Shown here one piece after another: positions 47,391 through 57,278 of a stretch of 64,000 nucleotides of DNA. The notes under the pieces were generated by a model that saw only the letters and a program-made list of their open reading frames with translations, was not told where the DNA came from and made no database searches. Position numbers and translations under genes: made by a program. Each line of letters opens with the position of its first letter. Positions within the stretch are counted from its first letter, which is position 1. This DNA is from a virus, in IMG/VR virus record IMGVR_UViG_3300025652_000049, positions 12,424-76,423 of that record. One strand, written 5' to 3'.

Positions 47391-47395
47391 AAATT

Positions 47396-47635
47396 ATGGC
47401 AAATACATTGAATAGTAGAGAATCTATAAAAGGATTTGATTTTGAATATAGTAAAGAACATAACTTCTACGAGTGTAGAGGTGAAGTGATGTACGACGAT
47501 GACCACGATCAAATGCCTGAACCAGCTCTTTGGAGAGCTGCTGGAATATTAATTGAAAGACTAAAAGAAAGAGGTATCCAATCTCTTCGTAATCATTCTG
47601 AAAAAGGATGGGTAGAAGTTTTAATAAATGATTAG
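47396..47635 (+). CDS. Hypothetical protein
   Basis: 79-aa ORF in an operon. Confidence 0.55.
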   Translation: MANTLNSRESIKGFDFEYSKEHNFYECRGEVMYDDDHDQMPEPALWRAAGILIERLKERGIQSLRNHSEKGWVEVLIND

Positions 47636-47843
47636 TGGTTCTGATATCTTATACCTTCAAATAAACAAGAAGGTCATTGTATTGAATCACCAATGCAAAA
47701 CAGAAAACGGTATTGAAAGTGATGAAGATTTTACTGTCTCTAAAATAATAGGGAATTATGAACAACTGGAAATAGTAAACCAGTACAATCAAAAATATAT
47801 TATTAATCCAAATCAAATAATAAATAATATATATGGCAAATAA
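47628..47843 (+). CDS. Hypothetical protein
   Basis: 71-aa ORF. Confidence 0.5.
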   Translation: MISGSDILYLQINKKVIVLNHQCKTENGIESDEDFTVSKIIGNYEQLEIVNQYNQKYIINPNQIINNIYGK

Positions 47844-47967
47844 TATAGTACCAAGTCCAATGAGTGATGCTTTTCACGATTGGCTAGAACAATGCCCTAA
47901 CGGATGGGTTCGATTAGATGTTCATGAAGATTGGGTAGATTATCAATTTGATATAAAAGAAAAATAA
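47833..47967 (+). CDS. 44-aa hypothetical protein
   Basis: MANNIVPSPMSDAFHDWLEQCPNGW... fills the gap. Confidence 0.55.
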   Translation: MANNIVPSPMSDAFHDWLEQCPNGWVRLDVHEDWVDYQFDIKEK

Positions 47968-47969
47968 TT

Positions 47970-48308
47970 ATGGCAATAGAAATTAAAGTAGACGAGAAAC
48001 GTGAAAGAATAATTTTCGGAATTGAACACATCTCTGACGAAATGATTGACTTCATTGATAAGCTAGTAAGTATGCCTAGCTTTCCAAACAAGAATGACCT
48101 ACGAGTACTTGCCGGTATTGAAGATAAAGACTGGCGCGTAGACACTGCAACTCCAATCGATTACTACCGAAGAATTGAAGAGCTATACCCTAACTTTAAT
48201 AAGGGTAATATGGTTTATGATTATAGCGAGCCTAATACATATGGGGCAATGCTTAACGTAAACGATTTGCTTGCTCATGCAATTATTAAACTTTGTAAAA
48301 CAAACTAG
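47970..48308 (+). CDS. Hypothetical protein
   Basis: 112-aa ORF. Confidence 0.6.
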   Translation: MAIEIKVDEKRERIIFGIEHISDEMIDFIDKLVSMPSFPNKNDLRVLAGIEDKDWRVDTATPIDYYRRIEELYPNFNKGNMVYDYSEPNTYGAMLNVNDLLAHAIIKLCKTN

Positions 48309-48309
48309 C

Positions 48310-48534
48310 ATGCACTACACAACGGTACATATCGATGTAGCTGCTCAAAAAGCAGAGCAGTGGAGAAAAGAAGCACAAGCTGAGGTAGACGAGCAAAAAG
48401 AAATGCTTAGTCTAGCTATTGCAGAGATCTGGGAACTATTAAGCCTAGAGTCATTTAGAGGTTACAGTGATATCGAAGATATAGCTAGTAGCTACGGAGT
48501 TTCAGAAGAAGATTTAATCTTCGGTTTAATTTAA
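48310..48534 (+). CDS. Hypothetical protein (start probably MHYTT)
   Basis: ATG right after the upstream stop. Confidence 0.55.
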   Translation: MHYTTVHIDVAAQKAEQWRKEAQAEVDEQKEMLSLAIAEIWELLSLESFRGYSDIEDIASSYGVSEEDLIFGLI

Positions 48535-48544
48535 AATTATAACT

Positions 48545-49042
48545 ATGTTCTACGAAGGAAGAGTAAATCAAATATGGAATATTGATGGAGATGAAATATT
48601 ATCAGTATTAGGACAAGGACAAGAAGTAGAATTGAAGCATGTTAAAAAGAAAGATGGAACTCCATATCAGGCTGGTCTATATGCTGAGATTTTATATGTG
48701 TTCGAACATAACGGCAAAAAATATGCTTTTGCAAACGATGCTAGTAGCTGTAATGGAATTGTAGAACTTGCTATACTAGATTTTGATAAAATGATTCAAA
48801 TCGAAAGCCTAACAATTGGTTGGGTTAAAGGAGATAAGCTAAATTCTATATTAAGCTGTTGCGATAATCCTATGCTTTCTAGAAAAGTTGATATTACATT
48901 CGACGAATCAGGGAAAGTAACCAGACAACCCGAAACATACTTTGAGTGTGGTTGTTGTGGTGAAGGATTTAAGAGTACTGCTAAACTACAAGCAATACAC
49001 GATCAAGACATGGGTTATGGAATCTGCGAAGATTGTGAATGA
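48545..49042 (+). CDS. Hypothetical protein with C-terminal Zn finger
   Basis: CGCCG...CEDC. Confidence 0.65.
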   Translation: MFYEGRVNQIWNIDGDEILSVLGQGQEVELKHVKKKDGTPYQAGLYAEILYVFEHNGKKYAFANDASSCNGIVELAILDFDKMIQIESLTIGWVKGDKLNSILSCCDNPMLSRKVDITFDESGKVTRQPETYFECGCCGEGFKSTAKLQAIHDQDMGYGICEDCE

Positions 49043-49259
49043 AACTCCTAAACGATGTTTCCTTGTTGATGGCAAGAGAGTAAGTATCATAACTTCCACC
49101 TCACATACATACAATGTGAGGTTTGTGAAGTCTGGTATATTCATGGATGTAAAGAAGTGCTACGTAAAGACGTGGTACCCTAAACCCAAGAAGGTAATAC
49201 CAAAGAAACCAATTATTAAAACCGAGATTAAAAACTCACAAACTGAATTAAAATTTTAA
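48942..49259 (+). CDS. Small basic protein (start uncertain) ending QTELKF
   Basis: ORF in an operon. Confidence 0.45.
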   Translation: MSVVVVVKDLRVLLNYKQYTIKTWVMESAKIVNETPKRCFLVDGKRVSIITSTSHTYNVRFVKSGIFMDVKKCYVKTWYPKPKKVIPKKPIIKTEIKNSQTELKF

Positions 49260-49270
49260 TACAATTTATT

Positions 49271-50995
49271 ATGGAAAAATCTGAATATTTAAAAATGTTA
49301 CGATGGCCGGAGGCTGAATGGGATTTACTAACTGCTGAAGAAGCTGTACCATTTGTGACCCTTGATGGTCATACTAACAACATGTATGCTGTTGGTGACC
49401 CACAAGGAAAAAAGGCATTCGGTTCTGGTGCATTCGTTGTTAAAAAAGAATGGATTGCAAAGAACCTTACTCCTGTTACTAATACAGAAGTAGTTGTTCC
49501 ACCACCTCCTGTTGAGGAAGTTATTGTTCCTGCATTGTCAGAGTTCTTGAAAGCTCGTATTGCCAACCTCATCAAAATAGGATGGGAACAAATGGATAAT
49601 TCCGATATGCTTGTCAATACACCTGTAGATGGTGAACTGCTTACATATACGCAGATTGATGATATGGACAATCCAACTTGGTTTTCTAGGATTACACCTA
49701 AGCCTAATCCAGTAGCGGAAGTTGTTGAGGTTATTAAAGAGGTTGTAAAAAAAGTAGAGGAAGCACCAGTAGAAATAACTATTGATGCTCCTACAATGTC
49801 TAGAGTAAAAAGACTATTGGCTTTGGATCCTTCTTACAGACTTACAGACGACCAAGAAGAAGTTGTTTTTGGTGTCAACAAATCCGTAAAAGTTTCAGTC
49901 GTTAAGGTTATGCCTGATTCAGTATTTGAGAACTTGCTTCAAAAATATCTTCCAACAACTGTTGAGACTGGTAATTCTATTGCTGAGAGAATAAAAGACT
50001 CAGCTGCGAAAGTAGAAGCCAAAGAAAAGATTGCTAAAATTGCTAAGGCTTCTGGTATTCCTGATTCCAATATTGTGATAGCATCTCCTAAGCCATTGCC
50101 TTCAATTGATGCTGTTGATGAACCATACGTAAAAGCAACTCGTAAAAACGTGTTTGAATATCGCAAAGGTGTTTTAGTAGAATGGGGCTATACGCATGTG
50201 CCTGAGAAAAATCACATTAGCTTTGGTGGAGTAGCAATTGATGATAAAGAGCTTTCCGAACTATTAGTTCCAGATTGGGAAATATTACTGAATCGATGGA
50301 GACCTAAAGCAGAACCAGTACCGGCTAGTATTCCAGTTGTAGATGCAGAGGAAGTTGAGCCAATTCCTAGCGAAATTATTGAAGAGCAAGCTGCCGATAT
50401 AACAGAGTTTGAGAATAGAGCTCATGCTGCCAATGCTAAAGCTGAAATTGAGAACGAAGAAAAAGCCTTGGAAGCCCTTCGTGAAAATCGTATTGAGGAA
50501 CTTGCACGTCATGGATTTGTGTATCATGAAGAAAATGATTTATTCGAACATGAAGCTGACCAAGATTTCAAACCTAATTGTATAGAAGTTGAAGGTGAGG
50601 CTGCTTGGGAAAAAGTTGTTGTTGATGCTAAACAAATTAATGATGCTCATAATCTTGCTTTAGAGGAAGAGAAGTATCGTGAACTTGAGAAAGATAATCT
50701 TCTTGATGAAAAAGTAATCGATGGTACTGATCTGCTTGAAAAGAAAGAAGCTTCTGTTTCTGATGGAGTTACAACTTCTGTTATTGTTGAAGGACATATA
50801 GATGAATTAATTAGTCCTCTTCCAAATAAGGAAAGAATGCTTGAGCAATTCGAAGTTCTTGACCAGGTAATGAATGCGGCGAAAACTTTCAAAGAAGTTT
50901 ACTATGCAGTTCATTTAATTAAGCTGACTCTTGAAACAGATGAAATTCCATCTAAAAAGATAGCAGCTATCAAACGAGCAGTTAGAAAACTGTAG
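49271..50995 (+). CDS. Acidic multi-repeat protein
   Basis: 574 aa with four R-x3-L-x3-G-aromatic repeats separated by Pro/Glu linkers. Confidence 0.7.
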   Translation: MEKSEYLKMLRWPEAEWDLLTAEEAVPFVTLDGHTNNMYAVGDPQGKKAFGSGAFVVKKEWIAKNLTPVTNTEVVVPPPPVEEVIVPALSEFLKARIANLIKIGWEQMDNSDMLVNTPVDGELLTYTQIDDMDNPTWFSRITPKPNPVAEVVEVIKEVVKKVEEAPVEITIDAPTMSRVKRLLALDPSYRLTDDQEEVVFGVNKSVKVSVVKVMPDSVFENLLQKYLPTTVETGNSIAERIKDSAAKVEAKEKIAKIAKASGIPDSNIVIASPKPLPSIDAVDEPYVKATRKNVFEYRKGVLVEWGYTHVPEKNHISFGGVAIDDKELSELLVPDWEILLNRWRPKAEPVPASIPVVDAEEVEPIPSEIIEEQAADITEFENRAHAANAKAEIENEEKALEALRENRIEELARHGFVYHEENDLFEHEADQDFKPNCIEVEGEAAWEKVVVDAKQINDAHNLALEEEKYRELEKDNLLDEKVIDGTDLLEKKEASVSDGVTTSVIVEGHIDELISPLPNKERMLEQFEVLDQVMNAAKTFKEVYYAVHLIKLTLETDEIPSKKIAAIKRAVRKL

Positions 50996-51004
50996 TTATT
51001 AACT

Positions 51005-51026
51005 AGCGGGGGTTTCGGCTCCCGCT
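51005..51026 (+). terminator. Stable TTCG-loop hairpin (terminator or processing site)
   Basis: AGCGGGGG-TTTCGG-CTCCCGCT with a weak U-tract. Confidence 0.5.
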
Positions 51027-51039
51027 TAATACATTTATT

Positions 51040-51603
51040 ATGGCAAAAGGAAACAAAGGAACTCAGAACTTCCAAGATGAAGTTGAGTCACATTTAGAAG
51101 AACGAGCTTTTAAAGAACCATTGTTCGCAAAAGCTTATGCTAACAAAGATAAGAGCATTGACAAATGCATTGCTTATATGCTAAATGAAATCAAAGCAAG
51201 CGGTAAGCAAGGTTGGACAGATAACGAAGTATTTAGCTTGGCTATACATTATTATAGCGAGCCCAATCTTAAGTCTGGCTCTAAACCAACAGGAACAATT
51301 ATAATCAATCATCACGTAGAGCTTACTGATGCTGAAATAGCTAAGGCTAAGTCTGATGCTAAGATTCACATTACTAAGACTGAGGAAAGCAGTCTTAAAA
51401 AAATAGCTATGGATAAAAAAGCTGAGGAGATAAAAAATAATTTAACTCCAGATGATATTGCTCTAGCTAAAAAGAAAGCTCTTAAAGAAGTTGTTGAAGA
51501 AACTAAAACAGCTATGACAACTAAGACCAGTAAGAAACCTATCCAATCGCTTGCTGAAAATGCAGCTATGGATTTATTCGCAACAGATGAAAGCAAGGAC
51601 TAA
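51040..51603 (+). CDS. PcfK-like protein (family includes the anti-CRISPR AcrIIA9)
   Basis: HLEERAFKEPLFA...KSIDKCIAYMLNE...GWTDNEVFSLAIHYY. Confidence 0.8.
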   Translation: MAKGNKGTQNFQDEVESHLEERAFKEPLFAKAYANKDKSIDKCIAYMLNEIKASGKQGWTDNEVFSLAIHYYSEPNLKSGSKPTGTIIINHHVELTDAEIAKAKSDAKIHITKTEESSLKKIAMDKKAEEIKNNLTPDDIALAKKKALKEVVEETKTAMTTKTSKKPIQSLAENAAMDLFATDESKD

Positions 51604-52906
51604 GAATCAAAAAGTAGTAGTTGCTTTAGATAGCAAGGTTAAGAAGATTGGAAAGCGTGTTCATAATTGGGCAGAGAAAAACGTAATGTACAATCTTGGT
51701 CACAGATACAAATCTGGTACCGTTAATTGTTTGAAGTGTGGAAACCATTGGAAGTCTAATTTCTCTCAGGCTTGGCAAGAAGAAGTAACTGGTGATAAAT
51801 GTCCAAAGTGTAAAAGTGAGCTTAAAATTACTTCTACAATGAAAAGGACTAATGATCAGTCAGCTTATTATACTGTTATTGAAAAGGCCGGTGACTATCA
51901 ATTGATAAGAACCTTTCAGATTAACAGCAAGCTTAAATGTAAAGAGGCTGCTAAGTATTATCATATTGAATGCTTTCGTGTGTATATCCGAAAAGATGGC
52001 AAGCGAGAAGTTATCGCTAGGCTTAGGTCTGGTAATGGATATTACTGGGGATATTGGCAAGGTTGGATGGAACTTAGACAGCCAAAAGTTATTGAAAATA
52101 AATACTCAGACGAAGGATTGCTATATCCTAAATGGGATATACATAAGCATGTTACGCAAGCTGGCTTCGATGCGTATACCTACGAAGAGAATAAATATAC
52201 CGCTTGTAAACTAATGTGGATACTTCTTACTTGTATTCACATGGAAACAATTGATAAGACTCCGGGCTATAATAAACTGTACAAATACTGTTTCCATTAC
52301 CCTGAACAAATTCAAAAGTATTGGGCTACAATAAAGATATGTATTCGTAATAAGTACATGATACCTGAGCCTAGAACTTATATGGATATGATTGAAGCGT
52401 TGAGTTATCTTAAAAAAGATTTACGCAATCGCCACTTTGTATGCCCTGATGATTTGCAAGAGCAACATAACTTCTGGATAGCTACAGCTACTCGTGTTCG
52501 TCGAAAACATGAAGAGAAATTATCTAAAGCTAAAAAACTTGCTTTGATTGAAAAACAAGCAAAGGAGATTGATAATTTTGAAAAGAGAATGGTTAAATTC
52601 GCTGACCTGAAATTTGAGATTAAGAACCTTAAGATACTTCCACTACTCTACATAGATCAAGTGAAAAGTGCTGGTAAAGAATTACACCATTGTATTTACC
52701 AAACGACAAGCTACTGGCAGGACGAAAATAATCTATTGCTTGGGGCATACCTCAACGATAAGTTAATTGAAACGACTCAGTACTCTTTGTCAGAAAAAGA
52801 AGTGCTACACTCTTATGGCTTATTGAATAAACATTCTGTCCGTCATAATACGATTGTAAAAACTATTAACAAACAAAAAGACAAGATTTATGCTTGTTTA
52901 AAATAA
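51587..52906 (+). CDS. PcfJ-like protein (start revised to MKARTK)
   Basis: CLKCG...CPKC zinc ribbon, YMDMI...CPDDLQEQHN and GKELHHCI motifs; paired with PcfK. Confidence 0.8.
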   Translation: MKARTKNQKVVVALDSKVKKIGKRVHNWAEKNVMYNLGHRYKSGTVNCLKCGNHWKSNFSQAWQEEVTGDKCPKCKSELKITSTMKRTNDQSAYYTVIEKAGDYQLIRTFQINSKLKCKEAAKYYHIECFRVYIRKDGKREVIARLRSGNGYYWGYWQGWMELRQPKVIENKYSDEGLLYPKWDIHKHVTQAGFDAYTYEENKYTACKLMWILLTCIHMETIDKTPGYNKLYKYCFHYPEQIQKYWATIKICIRNKYMIPEPRTYMDMIEALSYLKKDLRNRHFVCPDDLQEQHNFWIATATRVRRKHEEKLSKAKKLALIEKQAKEIDNFEKRMVKFADLKFEIKNLKILPLLYIDQVKSAGKELHHCIYQTTSYWQDENNLLLGAYLNDKLIETTQYSLSEKEVLHSYGLLNKHSVRHNTIVKTINKQKDKIYACLK

Positions 52907-52917
52907 ATTAAAAAAAT

Positions 52918-53391
52918 ATGGGATTTTTTAGTTGGATTACACAAGACACAAAGGTATCAATACCTAATGTGCACAGCAGTCAGTTACCTTTAGCAGAAGT
53001 CACTATGACAGACAACAAAGGAAACAAATGGACTGAAACAGATTACAACGGTTACGGTATTTTTGGAACTAAGGATTACTACGAATTAGTTGCAGAAATG
53101 AACGGTAGAAAAACAAGAGATGAAGGAATTAGGATTGCTTTAGGAATTGGTGGTGTAATGCGTTTAAAAGACCATCATATTATTCTTGCACAAGGCGTGC
53201 ATTTCTTTAACTGGAGTATGGATATTATAGCAGAAAATAAAGCCGCAAATCAGTTGTTACAAACTGATGGTTGGGTTATGATTAAAGTGAAAGAACCTAA
53301 TGCTGTCTTTCCAAATTTAAACGAAGACCCAAATATCGATTGGGTAGATTCTAAACCTAAAGATTGCCCTTATCAGGGCTTCTTTTATTAA
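52918..53391 (+). CDS. Conserved phage hypothetical protein
   Basis: MGFFSWITQDT...YNGYGIFG...CPYQGFFY. Confidence 0.65.
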   Translation: MGFFSWITQDTKVSIPNVHSSQLPLAEVTMTDNKGNKWTETDYNGYGIFGTKDYYELVAEMNGRKTRDEGIRIALGIGGVMRLKDHHIILAQGVHFFNWSMDIIAENKAANQLLQTDGWVMIKVKEPNAVFPNLNEDPNIDWVDSKPKDCPYQGFFY

Positions 53392-53401
53392 ATAAATCGA
53401 C

Positions 53402-54154
53402 ATGAAGAACAGATATGGAAATAAAGCGGGTTGTCATAGCCCGAAAAGAACCCTTAAGAATTTGAAATATTTAAGAAAAAATACTGGTTTGGATATCCTA
53501 GACATATCTTGGCATAACGACCTAGTTGATTCATTAGAAATTTCAATATTTGACTTACATATTTTCTTGCCTAATAGTCATAAACAAGATGATGATAAGG
53601 AATTGTTCAACACTTATTATGTAAGTATAAATAGCAGATACGGAAGTTCAGACGAACCACTTTTTTGTAATACAGATATAGACTTACTTGTTAAATATTT
53701 GAAAAAATTAATAAAGAAATCAAAAAGATTTGTCCTACTACATAGCGTAGGAACTTGGATTGATAAAATAACAGGTAGAACTTCTGGAGCTTTAATAGAT
53801 GTTGGATCTGGAGATTCTGATGAGGTTGTTGATGTACATAATTTTATGAATGATTCAATGTCATTAACTGATGATGATATCTCCGAAGATTGGGTAGACT
53901 CATTAAGTGATGAAGACCATAAAATTATAAGTCAAATACTTTTAAGTGGCTTAAAACCTATTTTTAAAAACCATCTAACTTTGTTTAATGGTAGGTTAGA
54001 AGTTAGACGAAAGTTTATAGATTATGTTGATTGGGAACAAATATGCCAAGATTATAACCTAAAGCATGGTGACTTAGCTCCTGAACAACATATGCGTATT
54101 GAAATGATTATTAAACAATATATAAATCAAAATAATGGAGATAAAATTGTATAA
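53402..54154 (+). CDS. Hypothetical protein
   Basis: 250-aa ORF. Confidence 0.6.
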   Translation: MKNRYGNKAGCHSPKRTLKNLKYLRKNTGLDILDISWHNDLVDSLEISIFDLHIFLPNSHKQDDDKELFNTYYVSINSRYGSSDEPLFCNTDIDLLVKYLKKLIKKSKRFVLLHSVGTWIDKITGRTSGALIDVGSGDSDEVVDVHNFMNDSMSLTDDDISEDWVDSLSDEDHKIISQILLSGLKPIFKNHLTLFNGRLEVRRKFIDYVDWEQICQDYNLKHGDLAPEQHMRIEMIIKQYINQNNGDKIV

Positions 54155-54160
54155 ACAAAT

Positions 54161-55624
54161 ATGAGTAATTCCATACCACCTCCACCACCACCAGGCGGAG
54201 GTAAAGACCCACCTAAAAGAAAAGAGTTCATTCCTAAACCTAGAGCGCCAAGCATAACTGATACTGGTCATATTCCACCTCAAGCAGTTGATATGGAAAG
54301 AGTGGTATTGGGTGCGTTAATGGTAGACACTAGAGCTTGTGCTGAAGTTGTTAAACTTTTAGACGAGAAAGTGTTTTACCATGAACCTCATCGATTAATA
54401 TATACTGCAATCAAATCCTTGTATGATACAGGGCTTGGTGTAGATATACTAACAGTGTCTCATGAGCTGACTCGTAGAGGAACTTTAATAGCTTCTGGAA
54501 GCGAGTACTATTTGATTGAATTAACTCAATTGATTGGTAGTGCTGCACACGTTGAATATCATGCAAGGATTGTCTTACAGAAGTTTGTACTTCGTGAGTT
54601 AATTATAATGTCTAGAGAAACAATACATAAATCTCTACATAACGATCCTGATATATTCAAATTAACCGAAGGAATTGAAAATACCATTGCATACATAAAT
54701 ACAGTGGCTATCAATCCTGATGGGATTCAACAGGCTCTTATTACACCAGAACAAGAACTTACTGAAAAACTACTAATGCAACGTCGAGGGGAAACTCCGG
54801 GCATAGCTTTAGGTGTTTCAGAGTTTGATGATTGGTGTGGAGGTTGGCAGAAACGAGAACTTATTACTATAGGAGCAAGACCAGGAATGGGTAAAACCAC
54901 TATTGGAATAGCTGCTGCGGTAACAGCTTCCATTTCTAAAGGTCATGACACAGCATTCTTTTCATTAGAAATGTCTAAAATAGATGTGATGAATAGAGTT
55001 GCTGCTAGACTAACAGGAATTGAATTTAGTAAGATAAAAGGAGGTAAGTTAACTGACGATGAATTTAAGCAAGTCTTAGCGACTTATAAGTTCATTGATG
55101 AAAGTAAGCTGCATATCCACGACACTATGGAACATAAGAACTTCCACGAGCGTATAATTAAAAAGATACGTGAGTTGGTTTCTAATGGTACCAAGTTAGT
55201 CTTTATTGACTACGTTCAATTAATGAAACTTGTTAGGGCAACAACAGATCGGACAGGTGATTTGTCAAAAATTACCAGAGAACTGAAAGGTCTTGCTAAT
55301 GAATTGAATATTCCTATTATCATCTTCGCCCAGCTAAATAGAAGTTTGGACGGTAGAGGCAATGGTGATGGTACTACAATACCATTCCTAAAAGATTTAA
55401 AACAATCTGGCTCTATTGAAGAGGATAGCGATACGGTAATATTCATTGTTAGACCAGCATACTATAAACAGCAGAAATCTCTTGGGATTACATTGCCTAC
55501 ACATGTATTAGGTGAAACGCAGTTTATTGTAGCTAAAGGCCGAAACATTGGTGTTCGAAGTTTCAAGACTTTCGTAGACTTTCTTAAATTTAATTTCTGT
55601 TCTTATTCTGATATGGATTTTTAA
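54161..55624 (+). CDS. dnaB: Replicative DNA helicase DnaB
   Basis: PPQAVDMERVVLG, GARPGMGKT, FFSLEM, IDYVQLM, AQLNR and DLKQSGSIEEDSD. Confidence 0.95.
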   Translation: MSNSIPPPPPPGGGKDPPKRKEFIPKPRAPSITDTGHIPPQAVDMERVVLGALMVDTRACAEVVKLLDEKVFYHEPHRLIYTAIKSLYDTGLGVDILTVSHELTRRGTLIASGSEYYLIELTQLIGSAAHVEYHARIVLQKFVLRELIIMSRETIHKSLHNDPDIFKLTEGIENTIAYINTVAINPDGIQQALITPEQELTEKLLMQRRGETPGIALGVSEFDDWCGGWQKRELITIGARPGMGKTTIGIAAAVTASISKGHDTAFFSLEMSKIDVMNRVAARLTGIEFSKIKGGKLTDDEFKQVLATYKFIDESKLHIHDTMEHKNFHERIIKKIRELVSNGTKLVFIDYVQLMKLVRATTDRTGDLSKITRELKGLANELNIPIIIFAQLNRSLDGRGNGDGTTIPFLKDLKQSGSIEEDSDTVIFIVRPAYYKQQKSLGITLPTHVLGETQFIVAKGRNIGVRSFKTFVDFLKFNFCSYSDMDF

Positions 55625-55629
55625 TTCAT

Positions 55630-55637
55630 TACATTTG
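55630..55637 (+). promoter_or_regulatory. Bacteroidota -7 box TACATTTG
   Basis: About 30 nt upstream of the HU start. Confidence 0.55.
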
Positions 55638-55665
55638 AAGTTGTATAACACATATATATATTCAA

Positions 55666-55953
55666 ATGACAAAAAATGAAATTGGAGATTTAGTCTCAAA
55701 AGAAACAGGAATCGATAAAGATACTGTTCGAAAGGTGTTTAATGGCATTATTGCTGTTATTCAAAAACAATTATTATTTGGGATTGACTGCAAGATACAT
55801 GGGCTTGTTAATTTTATGAAAATAAGAAAAGAAGCTTATTCTTGCAGAAACCCCCAAACTGGAAAACAAATTGACTTACCGGCTAGGTATAACGTCAAGG
55901 TTGTTGTTTCCAAAAACTTCCAAAAACTTATTAAAGAGCAAAAAGTATATTAA
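55666..55953 (+). CDS. HU/IHF-family DNA-binding protein
   Basis: MTKNEI...CRNPQTGKQIDLPAR. Confidence 0.9.
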   Translation: MTKNEIGDLVSKETGIDKDTVRKVFNGIIAVIQKQLLFGIDCKIHGLVNFMKIRKEAYSCRNPQTGKQIDLPARYNVKVVVSKNFQKLIKEQKVY

Positions 55954-56225
55954 TGGGTAAGAGGTTTAAACTTCCGTTTAAATTAATGCCGAATGAGGAT
56001 TACATAGAATACCTCCATTCTTCCGTTTTTAATACTGAACACTTTAATAAACACATTGATTTAACTGCAAGTAGTTTAGATATACATAGGGATATCGTTT
56101 ACGATGTAGTTACATCTTATTGGATTGATATTGCACTGGTGATTAATGCCTACCATAAAAAGGCAACTAAAATTAATATTTATGGGTTCTTTTCTTTAAA
56201 GATATTAAAAGGAACTCACTATTAA
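55953..56225 (+). CDS. Truncated/divergent HU-like protein
   Basis: HU body pattern ending KINIYGFFSLKI, lacking the DNA-binding arms. Confidence 0.5.
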   Translation: MGKRFKLPFKLMPNEDYIEYLHSSVFNTEHFNKHIDLTASSLDIHRDIVYDVVTSYWIDIALVINAYHKKATKINIYGFFSLKILKGTHY

Positions 56226-56237
56226 AACAATTTCGTT

Positions 56238-57278
56238 ATGAGCACAAACACAAGTTTTACAGCACCGAAAGGTAGTTCAAACAAATTAGATACTGATAAC
56301 ATTCCAGCTGGAATGCATCTATGTACTCTATATGGACTAGCTGATATCGGTACACAAGATGGTGGAAACTATGGACCAAAACACAAAGTTAATTTAGCGT
56401 TTGAGTTTCCTACTCAAATGAGACAGTTTTACGTAGACGACCCAATGAAGCCAAGTTGCATTTTTACAGATGAAACGTTTTCAATGGCTTCTAAATCGAA
56501 TCTGCGTAAGAGATACGTAGAGCCAATGATTTCAAGACAGCTAACAGATACGGAGGCTGATAACTATGACTTTGGTACATTGCTTGGAAAAAGCTTTATT
56601 GCTACCATTACAATCTCTTCTGATGGGCAATGGTCTAATATTGCTTCTTTAGTTCCTTTAGATGCAACCAATATGCAATTTGCTGGATTAACAACTCCAG
56701 AAGTTGCTGGGATAAATGACAAGTATTTCTTTCATTTATCTAATGGATTTGAATCTGAGAATTTCAAAAATCTCCCTAAGTTTATTAGAGAGAAAATACA
56801 ATCTTCTCATGAAGGTCAAGCTCATAGAGCTTCTGGTGGTGTATTTGCTGAGCCACCTAAGAGAGATTTTCAGGCAGAAAACGCATCACCTACTTTAGTA
56901 TTAACAGCGAAAGCAACAAATACGCTTGCAGAGTATAAAGCAGGTAATTGGACTGATGCTTTATTAATACAAGAAGGATTGGCAGTAATGTCTGGTGCGG
57001 TTGCACCTCCAACATCTACTCCAGCAGCACCACCTCCTGTTGCTCCACCTGTTGCGCCTCCTGTTGCTCCACCTGTTTCTCCTCCTGTTGCAGCAGCACC
57101 AATAGCACCACCTGTATCAGCACCTCCTGTTGCTCCTACACCTCAACTTCATATACACGTTATGCCTGATGGTAGAAAATGTATTATGAATGATACAACT
57201 GCAAATATAGCAGCTTGGATTGCAGAGCAATGGACACCTGAGACATTAGTGTCAAATGGATATGCTGTTTTTCAGTAA
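56238..57278 (+). CDS. Putative single-stranded DNA-binding protein with Pro/Ala-rich linker
   Basis: IPAGMHLCTLYGLADIGTQ...FEFP...KSNLRK phage SSB-like N-domain, duplicated WT..xLI..GxA mini-domains and (PPVA)n. Confidence 0.65.
   Translation: MSTNTSFTAPKGSSNKLDTDNIPAGMHLCTLYGLADIGTQDGGNYGPKHKVNLAFEFPTQMRQFYVDDPMKPSCIFTDETFSMASKSNLRKRYVEPMISRQLTDTEADNYDFGTLLGKSFIATITISSDGQWSNIASLVPLDATNMQFAGLTTPEVAGINDKYFFHLSNGFESENFKNLPKFIREKIQSSHEGQAHRASGGVFAEPPKRDFQAENASPTLVLTAKATNTLAEYKAGNWTDALLIQEGLAVMSGAVAPPTSTPAAPPPVAPPVAPPVAPPVSPPVAAAPIAPPVSAPPVAPTPQLHIHVMPDGRKCIMNDTTANIAAWIAEQWTPETLVSNGYAVFQ

Noticed and set aside
47904-47916. GGGTTCGATT T-loop-like sequence
   Set aside because: No flanking T-stem, and it lies inside a plausible 44-aa ORF.
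57000-57140. Tandem CCTGTTGC-type repeats
   Set aside because: Explained by the coding PPVA linker of the SSB-like protein.
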